Source: Candidatus Sulfomarinibacteraceae bacterium (GTDB lineage: Bacteria; Acidobacteriota; Thermoanaerobaculia; Thermoanaerobaculales; Sulfomarinibacteraceae). From it: DNA of 64,000 bases. This document shows, piece after piece, positions 41,111 to 50,906 of this stretch (the first letter of the stretch is position 1; every line of letters starts with the position of its first letter). The stretch is taken from contig CAWCLO010000004.1 of assembly GCA_963796455.1 (NCBI GenBank), forward strand, positions 576,001 to 640,000, written 5' to 3'. The position numbers were made by a program, and so were the translations under genes. Below the pieces are notes generated by a model. That model had not been told where the DNA came from, searched no databases, and was given only the letters and a program-made list of their open reading frames with translations.

Positions 41111-41974
41111 ATGAACATTGGGGGTCCGAAGACGATTCTGGACATCATCGGCAGGGAGCAATGCCCGGCGCCGTGGTCAGAGGGCGAGAACATACCCTGG
41201 AATGATCCCGAGTTTTCAGAACGCATGCTCGCCGAACATCTGAGCCAGGAGCACGATCTGGCCAGCCGCAGGAGCGAAAACATCGAACAGCACGTCGAGT
41301 GGATATTCTCGGAGGTTATGGGCTCCCGGCCGGCAAGAGTGCTCGATCTCGCGTGCGGGCCCGGGCTGTATTCGATTGCCCTTGCAAGGAATGGCTGTGA
41401 GTGCGTCGGGATCGATTTTTCACCGGCGTCGATTCGGCACGCGCGAGAGATCGCCGGATCCGGGTCGAGCCACGCCTGCAGCTTTCATCACGCCGATGTG
41501 CGGGATGCCCGGTTTGGCGAGGATTTCGATCTCGTGATGATGATCTACGGACAAATCAATGTTTTTCGACGAGATCAGGGTCTAGAAATCTTGAAGAAGG
41601 CCCACAGTGCCTTGAAGTCCGGAGGAGTCTTGTTGCTGGAAGTTCAGACCCGTGAGCAGATTCAGAATGAAGGGGAGTCGGAGCCTACCTGGTATTCCGC
41701 TGAGTCGGGTCTGTTCTCCCCGGATCCGCACCTTGTTCTTCAGGAAAATTTCTGGGATTCGGATGCAGGGGCGTCGACCAGTCGTTTTTCAGTTATTGAA
41801 GCGGCGAACTGTTCGGTGAGCACCTATGCCCTCAGCAACGAAGCGTACACCGTCCGGGAGTTCGAGGACACCCTCGATTCGGTTGGTTTCACCAACATCG
41901 AAATGTTCCCTTCACTGAACGGTACTGCGGTTGACGAAGCGCATGACCTTCCGGTCTATATCGCTCGGAAATAG
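41111..41974 (+). CDS. Class I SAM-dependent methyltransferase
   Basis: PWNDPEFSERML.EHL, VLDLACGPG, GIDFSPASI. Confidence 0.9.
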   Translation: MNIGGPKTILDIIGREQCPAPWSEGENIPWNDPEFSERMLAEHLSQEHDLASRRSENIEQHVEWIFSEVMGSRPARVLDLACGPGLYSIALARNGCECVGIDFSPASIRHAREIAGSGSSHACSFHHADVRDARFGEDFDLVMMIYGQINVFRRDQGLEILKKAHSALKSGGVLLLEVQTREQIQNEGESEPTWYSAESGLFSPDPHLVLQENFWDSDAGASTSRFSVIEAANCSVSTYALSNEAYTVREFEDTLDSVGFTNIEMFPSLNGTAVDEAHDLPVYIARK

Positions 41975-42043
41975 ATCGGCAGAGGAGGGTCAAAACGTCG
42001 ATCTCCCCAGGGTGCCCAGGCACCCACAGAATTGCCGGCGTCT

Positions 42044-42970
42044 TCATGCCTCCCTGATGGTGGGAGGAGGATCCTCGATCCCGTAGACATGTGCGGGCCC
42101 CAGCGACCCGGGGAACCGTTCGCGGAGGACGGTTCGGGCTTTGTAACAGAGGTGGCAGGCATCCACATAGCTGTCCTCGTGCGGGAGGTCGAAGCGACGA
42201 ACCAGCTCCGCGGGGCCGCCTTCCACCAAGGCGCTGATGATGGGGTGGGTGTGGGGATCGTAGAGATCGAGCATTTCGCTCAGCGAGGAGTCCGTTTCCA
42301 GATTCCCGAGCAGGAGGCCTTGGCACAGATGAACGTTACCCCAACCGTCCACGTGAACCCGCCCGGGGTCGATGAAATCCTCGTCGGGACACTGGTCGAA
42401 CTCAGACCACGGCCGGCGCGGCAGATCGGCCGTGAGGTTGACCGCGGCGCGGCCGCGGAAACGCACCGAACCGCCGATGATGGGCAGGCCCTTCTCGTCG
42501 GGAGATTCACACACGGCTGGAGGATCAATCGTGATGACCACGTCGTCGAGCCCCAGTTCCTTGGCCGCCTCAACTGCATAACCCGGCCTCGGGTCTTCAA
42601 TATCTCCCGCGTGAAAGGTGTCGGATGAGACGCTGAGGTTTCCGACCTCGAGCTCGCCAAATGGTTTGAGCCAGAGGGCGGCATCCGGTTTCGCCGTGGC
42701 CCAGTAGCAGTTGCTCACCACACCGGTGGAAAAACCGCGTTCTCTGGCCAGCCGGATTCCTTCCAGCAGCAGTGGGTAGAAGAGAAAGGGCTCTCCGCCC
42801 TCGAAGTAGATGTTGTCGATGGTGCCCAGTTCTGCGGCCTGATCGAGCACGTCGGTCATGGTCTCGAGAGAGATGGTGCCGCCGGCACGGGGGCTCGACC
42901 AAACAAAACAGTGATCGCACTCATGGGTGCATTGATAGCTGAGCAGGAAGTGGATTCCGGTCAAGGGCAT
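42044..42970 (-). CDS. Radical SAM protein with Cys-containing C-terminal (SPASM/Twitch-like) extension
   Basis: CTHECDHC (Cx3Cx2C), EGGEPF, C...CQG...CHLC; GGGAGG RBS. Confidence 0.92.
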   Translation of the reverse strand: MPLTGIHFLLSYQCTHECDHCFVWSSPRAGGTISLETMTDVLDQAAELGTIDNIYFEGGEPFLFYPLLLEGIRLARERGFSTGVVSNCYWATAKPDAALWLKPFGELEVGNLSVSSDTFHAGDIEDPRPGYAVEAAKELGLDDVVITIDPPAVCESPDEKGLPIIGGSVRFRGRAAVNLTADLPRRPWSEFDQCPDEDFIDPGRVHVDGWGNVHLCQGLLLGNLETDSSLSEMLDLYDPHTHPIISALVEGGPAELVRRFDLPHEDSYVDACHLCYKARTVLRERFPGSLGPAHVYGIEDPPPTIREA

Positions 42971-42997
42971 CGTCGCCTCCCGATCCCTGTCATACGG

Positions 42998-43746
42998 TCA
43001 TTGATCGAACCCGAACAACACACTCTGGATCGGCCGGGTGAGGATGGCGCCCTGCCGAAGACCGAGGTAGAGACCGCGCGGCTCCGGGTTTTCTCTGCGG
43101 TGGATTTTGGCTTCTTCTTCTGACCAGAAGAAGACACTCTTCATTCAAAAATCGTCCACGATGCACGGAGACTCGAGGTCGGGTAGATTGATGAGCGGTA
43201 TCACGAAGAGCGGCTTTTCCGCCGGCGGGTGCACCGTGAATCGAAGCTCGCTGTCGAGCTCGAAATGGATCGGCCGGCCGCTGACCGAACACTCGGATTC
43301 GATCTTGAACCTCAGATCTTTTTCCAACAGTCGCCCTTGCACGAAGGGCGTCGCCATGGCGTCGGCCGCTCAAGCGGCCGAGAAGGCGGCACCTCCGTCG
43401 ACCCGGACTTGATGGGGCGTTTCGTCCGAGGTCACCGGGTAGGCCCAGTTGACGTCCTCGCCGCCGCGCCGGCAGAGAAAGGTCATCCGCCGTTCAAGCT
43501 CGTCGAGGATCTGCAGCACTTCCTCGAGCGGCAGATCGAGCTCTGTCGCGAAGACCTCTGGAGCGATGGCTTCCAGCCGGCGCGGGATCTCGCGCACCGC
43601 AAAGTGCTGCACCCGGCGCTGATCGGGTTCGAGGGTCGGGCGGCTTCGCGAGCTTTTTGGTGTCGCGTTTGACCATCGGGCGGAAGATGAACTCGGGTAC
43701 CGGGCAACATTCGTTTTCCGATTCCGAGAAAGACTCGTTCGAACAT
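42998..43746 (-). CDS. MerB (alkylmercury lyase)-like protein with two candidate selenocysteines; two apparent frameshifts near the 5' end
   Basis: GAGGAGG RBS; wHTH-like segment; WAYPVTSDETPHQV...FSAA-U-AAD (TGA 43370-43372)...IESECSVSGRPI...CIVDDF-U-MKSVFFWSEEEA (TGA 43145-43147)...stop 42998. Confidence 0.8.
43113..43134 (-). promoter_or_regulatory. Putative SECIS for the second UGA
   Basis: UCUUCUUCU-GGUC-AGAAGAAGA, 9-bp stem, loop starting 20 nt after the UGA. Confidence 0.65.
43332..43350 (-). promoter_or_regulatory. Putative SECIS for the first UGA
   Basis: CGCCCUU-CGUGC-AAGGGCG, 7-bp stem, loop starting 27 nt after the UGA. Confidence 0.55.
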
Positions 43747-43756
43747 CGCTGCCTCC

Positions 43757-44656
43757 TCAGTGCACCGCGGCGTTGAATTTGACCCCGGCGAGATCCGGCG
43801 GATGCCCTGCCGATAGCGATACTTCGGATAGCCGAGGATGAGTGAGGTCAGGACCCGGTGGTCCTCTGGGATGCCGTACCGGCGCGAAGCTCCTTGGACC
43901 GCTCCACAACCGGCGGGATCATCCCGATGATGGTGGTGCCGAGACCGAGGGAGAGCGGCGGCCAGCATGGCGTGGTGGCACACCAGATGCGCGTTTTCCC
44001 CGTACGACGCTGTCCGAACGATTGGCGTGGAAGATCATCAGCGCCGGCGCACCGTACAGATATCGATCCGAGCCATCCTCCCGGTACGACTGATTGGCGC
44101 GGGTAGCCGAATCCACCACATGGTCGCGAAGCTCGCCGTACACTTCAGGGCCGGTCATGAGGCGGATAACGGCGCGCCCGATGGGGGTGGCGAAGTTCTT
44201 GACCATGCCTTCGTAATGCTCGACCAGAGCTCGGAGCAGAAAATCCAACTCGCCGGGCTCGTCGATGACCACCACCTCGGTGGTGTGGGGCGGGAAACCC
44301 ATGGGCGCGGTCGCCGCAGCAGTGAGGATCTTGTCGATGTTCTCCCGAGCGACGGGTTTGTCCTTGAAGAGGCGAACGCTGCGCCGTGTTCGCAAGAAAT
44401 CGTGAAATTGTTCGAAACCGAAGACCGGCTTTTGGAGCCGATCAAAGTCCGCGTCAGGGATTGTCCGCAGCTGCAGCGCCTCGGTGGGGCAGACTGCCAC
44501 GCACTGGCCGCAGACGATGCAGGTCTCGGCGCGGCCCTCCACCGTTGACGCCTTTTCCTCGACCATTTCAATAGCGCCCTTGGGGCAGACCTCCGCACAC
44601 AAACCATCGCCGTTGCAGTTTTCGGTGTCGACAACATGCAATTGCTTGACCATCAT
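43757..44656 (-). CDS. Nitroreductase-family protein with N-terminal ferredoxin domain; frameshifts in the 3' third
   Basis: CNGDGLCAEVCP, CIVCGQCVAVCP, RRSVRLFK; tail pieces HAMLAA, LGLGTTIIG, LILGYPKYRY in shifting frames. Confidence 0.85.
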
Positions 44657-44703
44657 TCACCCCGTTTTCCGACCTGTGCGTCTCAATGGGCGCGATGTAC
44701 AGA

Positions 44704-45562
44704 TCACGTCTTTTCTGCGTGCACGATACGTTCAATGGCCATCCAGCCGAGCTCGCGGCCGGTGGGTTGCACATAACGTTCGTCGAGTTCGTCGTAGCCC
44801 AGATGCTCCACAGTTTTCCACCCGTACTCGCCAACGAAGACATCGATCAACTCCGGTCTTATGCCGTAATGCCATATGGGGTCTTTCCCACGCATCTTCG
44901 AATAGAGATAGTCGTGGCCATATGTGTTGCTGCCGTCGATGAAGTCTTGAGGGACATAGGTGAAGACCAGCCGACTCCCTTTGGGTGCGGTGGAGAGGAA
45001 AGTCGAACGTGGCCCGGATCCCGGGCTCGCTCACATACTGGGTGACTCCCTCGAGAATGAAAAATGTCACGAGATCCGCCGCGTACCCCTCTGAAGCCAG
45101 GACGTCTTCCAAGTCCTGATGATCGAAGTCGATGGGGACCAACGTCACGTGATTGGGAACCTCGCCGAAGATGGTGCGCAGCCTCGACCATTTCAGAGCG
45201 ATGTTCTGCTTCTGATCGACCTCCCATACCGCAGCCTCGGTGAGGGCCGGATGCCTGACAGATCGGGTGTCGAACCCGGCACCGAGGTTGACCACCGCCC
45301 GGGGCCTGATGCCGGTGATCAGGTCGTCAATATAACGTTTCCGGGCCATGATGCCGCCCCACAGACCCGGGACGTTGCTCTCGCTCTTGCGAACGATGGC
45401 GTTCTTGAAAGGAGCAAGCACACGGACCCAGAACCGCGAGCCGAGTGGAAGGACCCGATAGGCCAGGTCGTCGGTGAGGATGCGCTCGTTGTCGGGGAAA
45501 CTCTGCTCGAGGGCCACCAACACCATGGCCCCGGGTCCAGTCTGTGCCGCTTTGCGTGTCAT
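44704..45562 (-). CDS. LCM/TIGR00027-like SAM-dependent methyltransferase, one frameshift near 45000
   Basis: RKRYIDD, VVNLGAGFDTR, WEVD, VPIDF, LEGVTQY; continues as SRLVFTY...WHYGI in another frame. Confidence 0.85.
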
Positions 45563-45687
45563 GGTGACCCCTCTGTGTGGTACGCGACCGTCTGGTTGGA
45601 GTTCTCGGACGGAATGTCAACTCGGAAATTTCTCGGACGAAACATGAACCAGAGGATGCAGTCCGCGCACTCGATTGAATCCGGCGG

Positions 45688-45882
45688 TCAGGCGAATTTG
45701 CCCGGCGGAAAGCTGTACTTCTCGGTGAGCGATTTTTTCTCTTCGTCGGTGAGCGATGCCATATAGCTTTTCCACCCGGGGCAGAAGTTGGCGTGCCAAC
45801 GCCACAGGCGCCCCAGGAAGGACTTCGGCTCCAGTTCGTATTTGGCGCGAAAGGAGCAGGTCGCGCATCCGCTTTCGCTCAT
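45688..45882 (-). CDS. Small Cys/His/Trp protein
   Basis: AAGGAGG RBS; CATC...LWRWHANFCPGWKSY. Confidence 0.75.
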   Translation of the reverse strand: MSESGCATCSFRAKYELEPKSFLGRLWRWHANFCPGWKSYMASLTDEEKKSLTEKYSFPPGKFA

Positions 45883-46026
45883 CGGGTCCTCCTTTTCAGT
45901 GGTCGAAACGAATCTTCGATACCCTGGAATTTGTATTACCTCAGGGAGCCATCAGGGTGCCACAAATCGCTTTTCCTCATTGTTGGCGTCCATCGTGCCA
46001 TAGCTCGGTCTGGGCTGCCGTGTGGG

Positions 46027-46323
46027 TCATGTCGAATCTCTCGGAGTGCGGGTGTCGTCTGCCGGAGTGCACAGTATTTCGTCCCACACCGTGTGCTCAA
46101 CCAGACCGAATTCTCGAAGAGCCATGGCCAGGTGAGCCGCGAGGGTGCTCGGTCCGTCGCCGCGAATGTGCACGGCCACATCGGTGTCGAGCCCGTGGCG
46201 ACGGAAGAGCGTGGCCACCCGGGTACGGTTGCCCTCTGCCCAGATCGACTCGCGGATGCGATCGGCCAGGGACCTGATGGGTTCGCCGGACGAACGAAGG
46301 TGAACAATCTCGAGGGTGCTCAT
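46027..46323 (-). CDS. Small hypothetical protein
   Basis: AAGGA RBS; LEIVHLRS...DVAVHI...ALREFGLVEHTVW; tightly follows the ICMT gene. Confidence 0.65.
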   Translation of the reverse strand: MSTLEIVHLRSSGEPIRSLADRIRESIWAEGNRTRVATLFRRHGLDTDVAVHIRGDGPSTLAAHLAMALREFGLVEHTVWDEILCTPADDTRTPRDST

Positions 46324-46337
46324 CTTGTCCTTCCTGA

Positions 46338-47021
46338 CTACCAGACCCGCGGAATCAGACGATGCGGGACCTGTTCCATGTATTCCGGGTAACCCGGCAG
46401 ATTCTCGCGGAGATGCTTCTCTTCGATGAGGATTCGGGCGACCAACGGGGCCGCCGCCAATGGCAGCAGGATCGCGGCCGCAACGCTTCCGAGCCAGAGT
46501 GCCAGCCCGGCAAGGAACAGGAGATATCCGAGGTAGAGGGGATGGCGAATTCCGCCGTAGGGTCCGCTGTCGATTACGATCTGGTGGCGCTCAGATTGGT
46601 CGCCGACGATGGGCGCCGCGTAGGGGTTCTGCCACACCGTGACGATCATGAGGCCGTAGCCGGTGAGTCCCAACACAACCCCGAAGATCGAGAGCCACAT
46701 CGGCGGAAACGGAAGAAGATGCAGGCGGTGCACATCAACCGCGATGAACACGAACCAGGCGAGATTCAGGATCGCGAAGCAAAGAGAAACGATCTTGTCG
46801 GCAGTCGGCTGGTCGGTTGCCGCTCCCCGCTTGACCCGGGCCTCGAGGGAGGCTGGGGCCCAGCGAGCGAGGGCGGCGATGCAGATGATCGATAGAAGCC
46901 CGAAAACCGCGAGGAACTGGAGGGCACGGGGCCAGCGCAGGGTTCCGGCGGGGATCAGCAAAAGCGCGGCGAAAAGACTGGTCTGAAACATCGAACGCAC
47001 GAGACCGCGGAGCATCAGCAT
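46338..47021 (-). CDS. Isoprenylcysteine carboxyl methyltransferase-family membrane protein
   Basis: VIDSGPYGGIRHPLY, RILIEE, LPGYPEY, RLIP. Confidence 0.9.
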   Translation of the reverse strand: MLMLRGLVRSMFQTSLFAALLLIPAGTLRWPRALQFLAVFGLLSIICIAALARWAPASLEARVKRGAATDQPTADKIVSLCFAILNLAWFVFIAVDVHRLHLLPFPPMWLSIFGVVLGLTGYGLMIVTVWQNPYAAPIVGDQSERHQIVIDSGPYGGIRHPLYLGYLLFLAGLALWLGSVAAAILLPLAAAPLVARILIEEKHLRENLPGYPEYMEQVPHRLIPRVW

Positions 47022-47062
47022 GAGGGCCCTCTTGCGACAGGATTCCACGATACCAGAAGGCA

Positions 47063-48571
47063 CTATCGCAGCCTGGGAAGGGCGCGCGCCGACGGTGTGA
47101 CGGCGCAGCCTCCTCTGGCGGTGCACCGAAGCTCGCCGGGCAGGGCTTTGCCGACCTCATAGGAAGCGTCGATGGCCTCGTCCAGCGGGATCGGGTTGGT
47201 GTAGCCACCGAGGATGAGATCAGCGCAGGTGAAGGCGCTGGAGGCGGCCACCGCGTTGCGGGTGTGGCAGGGGACCTCGCAGGTACCGGCGACCGGGTCG
47301 CAGGGAGAGCCCATGGTGTTCTGAAGCGAAATGGCGGCGGCATCGGCGGCCTTCCGGGCACTCCCGCCGGCCGCCTCCACGACCGCCGCAGCAGCCATGG
47401 CGCCGGCCACGCCGATCTCCACCTGACAGCCGGCGATCTCGGCTGCAAAGGTGGCTCGTTTGGCAACGATGAGTCCAATTGCCGACGCCGCAAACAGGGC
47501 GAGCGCGGTCTGCCGGCGCGCCAAACCTCTCTCTTTCACCAGGCTGACGACAACGCCGGGCAAGGTTCCGGCCGAACCCCCGGTCGGCGCCGCGCAGACC
47601 ACGCCCCGGCTGTTGCAGTGGTGCATCACCGCCAGGGCGCGGGCGGCAGCGCGGGTGTGAATTCCGCCGATGGCCACCGTCCCACGGCTCTCGGCCTCGA
47701 GGACTCCGGAGGCGGTTGGTTGCAGCAGCAGCATGTCCGATCGCTGGTCATCGAGACCGGAGGCCACGGCTCGCTCCATGACCTCGTAACGACGCAGCAT
47801 CTCCTCGACCGCTTCCTCGTCTGTCATGCCGAGCAGCTCGCACTCGAAAACCAGGGCTGTCTCGCCGAGCGAGAGATCGCGGTTTTCGGCCAGCGCCACC
47901 ATTCCGTGGCCACTCTCGATGAGATTCTTGCCCTTCTCGACGTAAAAGACCGGTGCGGCGGTCCACGTCCGTTTTGCGCTCGGAATATCCGAAACCTGGG
48001 GAGCCGGGCTGATCGAAGTCAGCAGAACGGTCTCACCATCCTCCTGGCGGGTTGCGTCCACCAGGAGGTCGGCAACGGCAGACTCCTCGGCGCGACCGAC
48101 CTCTGCCAGCACAATGTATGTCTTTCCATCGAAATCGATAACCCAATCGTTGCAGCGGATGAGACGGATTCCTCCTCCTCCAACGGCCTCAGCCACCACT
48201 CGCAGCACCCTCCCGACGGCATCTTCGACCTCGATCAACATGCCATTCGGATGGTCGGTGTGATCGAGCGGGGCGATCGCGAAGTCGACCGTGAGCCCGG
48301 CGTTCGTCGCTCGTTCGAGGGTTGCACGGTAGTGCTCGTCGAGCATCGACCAACCCATGAGCCCAGCGGTGAAGGCGAGGTCTACCCCGAGCGGTTTCCA
48401 GGTCGGCGCCATGGAGCCCCTGGGGTCGAAGACCACCCGCGCTCTCGCCGGTGTGTCCCCAAACAGATCGCGTACCAACAAACCGATCCGATGGGCGCCG
48501 GCTGTGTGTGAGCTCGACGGGCCGCGCATCACCGGTCCGATCACATCATTGAAAATGCTGATAAAGGCCAC
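47063..48571 (-). CDS. sdaA: Fe-S L-serine dehydratase, beta and alpha regions fused
   Basis: GPVMRGPSSSHTAG, GGG; AAPTGGSAG, AGCQVE, CDPVAG.CEVPC, LRCTARGG. Confidence 0.88.
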   Translation of the reverse strand: MAFISIFNDVIGPVMRGPSSSHTAGAHRIGLLVRDLFGDTPARARVVFDPRGSMAPTWKPLGVDLAFTAGLMGWSMLDEHYRATLERATNAGLTVDFAIAPLDHTDHPNGMLIEVEDAVGRVLRVVAEAVGGGGIRLIRCNDWVIDFDGKTYIVLAEVGRAEESAVADLLVDATRQEDGETVLLTSISPAPQVSDIPSAKRTWTAAPVFYVEKGKNLIESGHGMVALAENRDLSLGETALVFECELLGMTDEEAVEEMLRRYEVMERAVASGLDDQRSDMLLLQPTASGVLEAESRGTVAIGGIHTRAAARALAVMHHCNSRGVVCAAPTGGSAGTLPGVVVSLVKERGLARRQTALALFAASAIGLIVAKRATFAAEIAGCQVEIGVAGAMAAAAVVEAAGGSARKAADAAAISLQNTMGSPCDPVAGTCEVPCHTRNAVAASSAFTCADLILGGYTNPIPLDEAIDASYEVGKALPGELRCTARGGCAVTPSARALPRLR

Positions 48572-48649
48572 GCCCGATGATAAGCCAACCTACAGAAGGG
48601 AGGGTGCCGCTACGCTGCCGAGTTCAAAACTCCCCAGTTGTGCGGCCCT

Positions 48650-49966
48650 TCAGTCTCGGGTGTGCGTGTCGAGGGTTCCCTCTGGGGTGAGGCCTTCGAC
48701 GGCGACGACCCTGTCGCCCTCTCTGAAAAATCTGAGGCGGAACCAGTCGGGCTCATCGAACATGAAAAGATCCGGCCCCATTGGGATCATCTTCATCTTG
48801 TCTCGGTCCCGTCGCTGGTAGAACAACGAGCCGTCCTCGAACGTGATAGTCCGTGGACCGTAGATCCCGACATAGGCTTGCAGCGCCTCTTCGTCCGGTT
48901 TTGCGGGGTGGAGGGCGTAGTCATAGACGTCGTGGTGCCAGGCGTGAAAAGCATTTGCGTAGGACGACCCCTCCCTTTCTGCCAAGCTCGCGCTGGCCAG
49001 GGCCAGTGCCGTCTTCAGCGTCATGTCACCAGACGCGGGGACATCGGGCTCGACGCCGACCTCTTCCCAGTTGGATTTCGTGACGGGGTTGACGGCGCGC
49101 GCAAAAGGAAGACTCATCATGTATCGGTCGGTGAGGACAACGAATCTGTTGTCGTGGGCGCCACCACCCGTGGTTTCGCCGACGATTACGGCCCGGTCCA
49201 TGCTTTTGAGGTTGTAGGCGAACTCTTCAGCGGCCGAAAAGGTGTTATTGCTCGTCAGAACGAAGAGTTCGACCTCATCCAACCTTCTGCCGGGAAGAAA
49301 GGTGTAGGTCCAGTATTGGGTCAACTTCTGCGGGTCCTTGTAGGTGAAGGAGTTGAGGTGCTTGCGGGGGTTTCCCAAGAAGTAACTACAGAGGAATTGG
49401 ACCATTTCCGGCGAACCGCCGCCATTGGACCGGAGGTCCAGAACCAGCGCCTCGATATTGCTCAAGAGACTCATCGCGCCGATGGCCACCTCGTACGCCG
49501 CCTCTTCATAACTGAACGAGTCCAGCTTCATGTACCCGATATTGCCGGGAAGGATCTCGACCTTTTGAAAACCGTAGTTGGCGGCTCGGTTCCGCCACTT
49601 CGAGCGCGCGATCGCCGCCTCGTCGAGATCCTTCCGGTTTCTTTCCTCGCTGACCCATTCCGGGTTGAACTGAACCTGGAGATGCCGGTCCTTATGGATG
49701 CTCGCGAGGTCCTCGGTGATCGCAGCGGCGAATGCCTCTGGATCCTGGATATCGTCGTAGGTCCCGGAGCGAAGATTTTCCCTGAGTGTTTGCACATACC
49801 GGTCACTGATGTCGGCAAATATGTACTCGCGCTCCAGGTGGCCGCAGACGCTTTCGATCACGGCGGCCTTTTCCACGGATCCCACGACTGCGTCAGGGTT
49901 CTCTTGACTGGAGAGCGGTTGGCAAACAAAGGCCAGAAGGACCGCTACCTCGAGGATTCGTCGCAT
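48650..49966 (-). CDS. Secreted S41-family peptidase
   Basis: DLRSNGGG, TFSAAEEF, GETTGGG, GVEPD; AAGGAGG RBS. Confidence 0.92.
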   Translation of the reverse strand: MRRILEVAVLLAFVCQPLSSQENPDAVVGSVEKAAVIESVCGHLEREYIFADISDRYVQTLRENLRSGTYDDIQDPEAFAAAITEDLASIHKDRHLQVQFNPEWVSEERNRKDLDEAAIARSKWRNRAANYGFQKVEILPGNIGYMKLDSFSYEEAAYEVAIGAMSLLSNIEALVLDLRSNGGGSPEMVQFLCSYFLGNPRKHLNSFTYKDPQKLTQYWTYTFLPGRRLDEVELFVLTSNNTFSAAEEFAYNLKSMDRAVIVGETTGGGAHDNRFVVLTDRYMMSLPFARAVNPVTKSNWEEVGVEPDVPASGDMTLKTALALASASLAEREGSSYANAFHAWHHDVYDYALHPAKPDEEALQAYVGIYGPRTITFEDGSLFYQRRDRDKMKMIPMGPDLFMFDEPDWFRLRFFREGDRVVAVEGLTPEGTLDTHTRD

Positions 49967-50235
49967 CACTGTGCCTCCTTCCGATCGCTGTGCGGTCCGG
50001 GGAGCTGCCACCGTCCACATAGTCCACGGTACGTCGGTGAGGCCACCGGGGTTTCCCAAATCTCAAGATCTCATCCGCAATCAGGAAACGAAGGAGGTCG
50101 ATCTACGACGAAACCTTGGGGTGCCCCATTTGGAGTCACGTGGGACTTGGGCGCCTTATGGTGGCGCCCATGCACCGATTGTATTTGTTAATCTGTGTCG
50201 CGGTTCGACCCAAATCCAAATTGCATAGGTGAAAC

Positions 50236-50781
50236 ATGCTGACCAAATATGCTCTTGCCGTGGCCCTGATATTCGGTGTGCCTCTTTTCTGTACCGCGCA
50301 GGAAACACCAGCTCCGATGCCGATTGAATTGGAGGTGTTGAAGGCGTCCATCGGAGTTTGGGACGCTGAAATCGAAGTCTGGCCGGCCGGACCGGATTCG
50401 TCCCCGATCACCTTCAACGGCGTGGAAACGAATCGACCGTACGGCGAGCACTGGATCGCATCCGACTTCGATTTCGAAAATATGGGGCAGACCATGAGAA
50501 TCCATTCCATTGTCGGGTACGACCTGGACAAAAAGAAATTGGTCGGCACGATCATTGACCATGGCCCCTACGCGGCGACAATGATCGGAGATTACGATGT
50601 CGAGTCAAAGACCGTCCATTGGATTACGGAAGCCAAGGATTTGGATGGAAAACCAATGGTACAGAAGACAATGGTTACCCAGAAAAGCGCCAACGAACGT
50701 GTGCTCGTTTTGGTGGTGCCTGGCGAAGAGCGCGACGATTTCAAGAAATTCATGCAGATCAGATTCGTGAAGCGGAAATGA
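50236..50781 (+). CDS. Secreted DUF1579-like protein
   Basis: Signal peptide; GVWDAE...GVETNR...GYD..KKKLVGT.ID. Confidence 0.7.
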   Translation: MLTKYALAVALIFGVPLFCTAQETPAPMPIELEVLKASIGVWDAEIEVWPAGPDSSPITFNGVETNRPYGEHWIASDFDFENMGQTMRIHSIVGYDLDKKKLVGTIIDHGPYAATMIGDYDVESKTVHWITEAKDLDGKPMVQKTMVTQKSANERVLVLVVPGEERDDFKKFMQIRFVKRK

Positions 50782-50906
50782 CCTCCATCGGTGCCGGTCA
50801 CAAGACCTCAGAATTTTTGTTCCAGGGGCACCCTTGACCGTCAGTGATTGCGAACGGGGCCACCCAAGGATTCCATTGAGTGCTAAGTTCGTGGCCGGAG
50901 GTGCCC

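Noticed and set aside
42971..43000. MerB-like stop TGA is in frame with the radical SAM ATG (possible third readthrough or fusion)
   Set aside because: A strong GGGAGG RBS precedes the radical SAM start and there is no Cys-equivalent position; best read as a true stop
45561..45690. TGA of the 64-aa protein followed in frame by a CADC
   Set aside because: Downstream sequence overlaps promoter-like repeats and shows no recognisable family pattern; likely chance
39880..48571. cysK and serine dehydratase near the Sec genes as a selenium-metabolism island
   Set aside because: Different transcription units separated by repeats and unrelated genes; no selA/B/C/D here, so the linkage is unsupported
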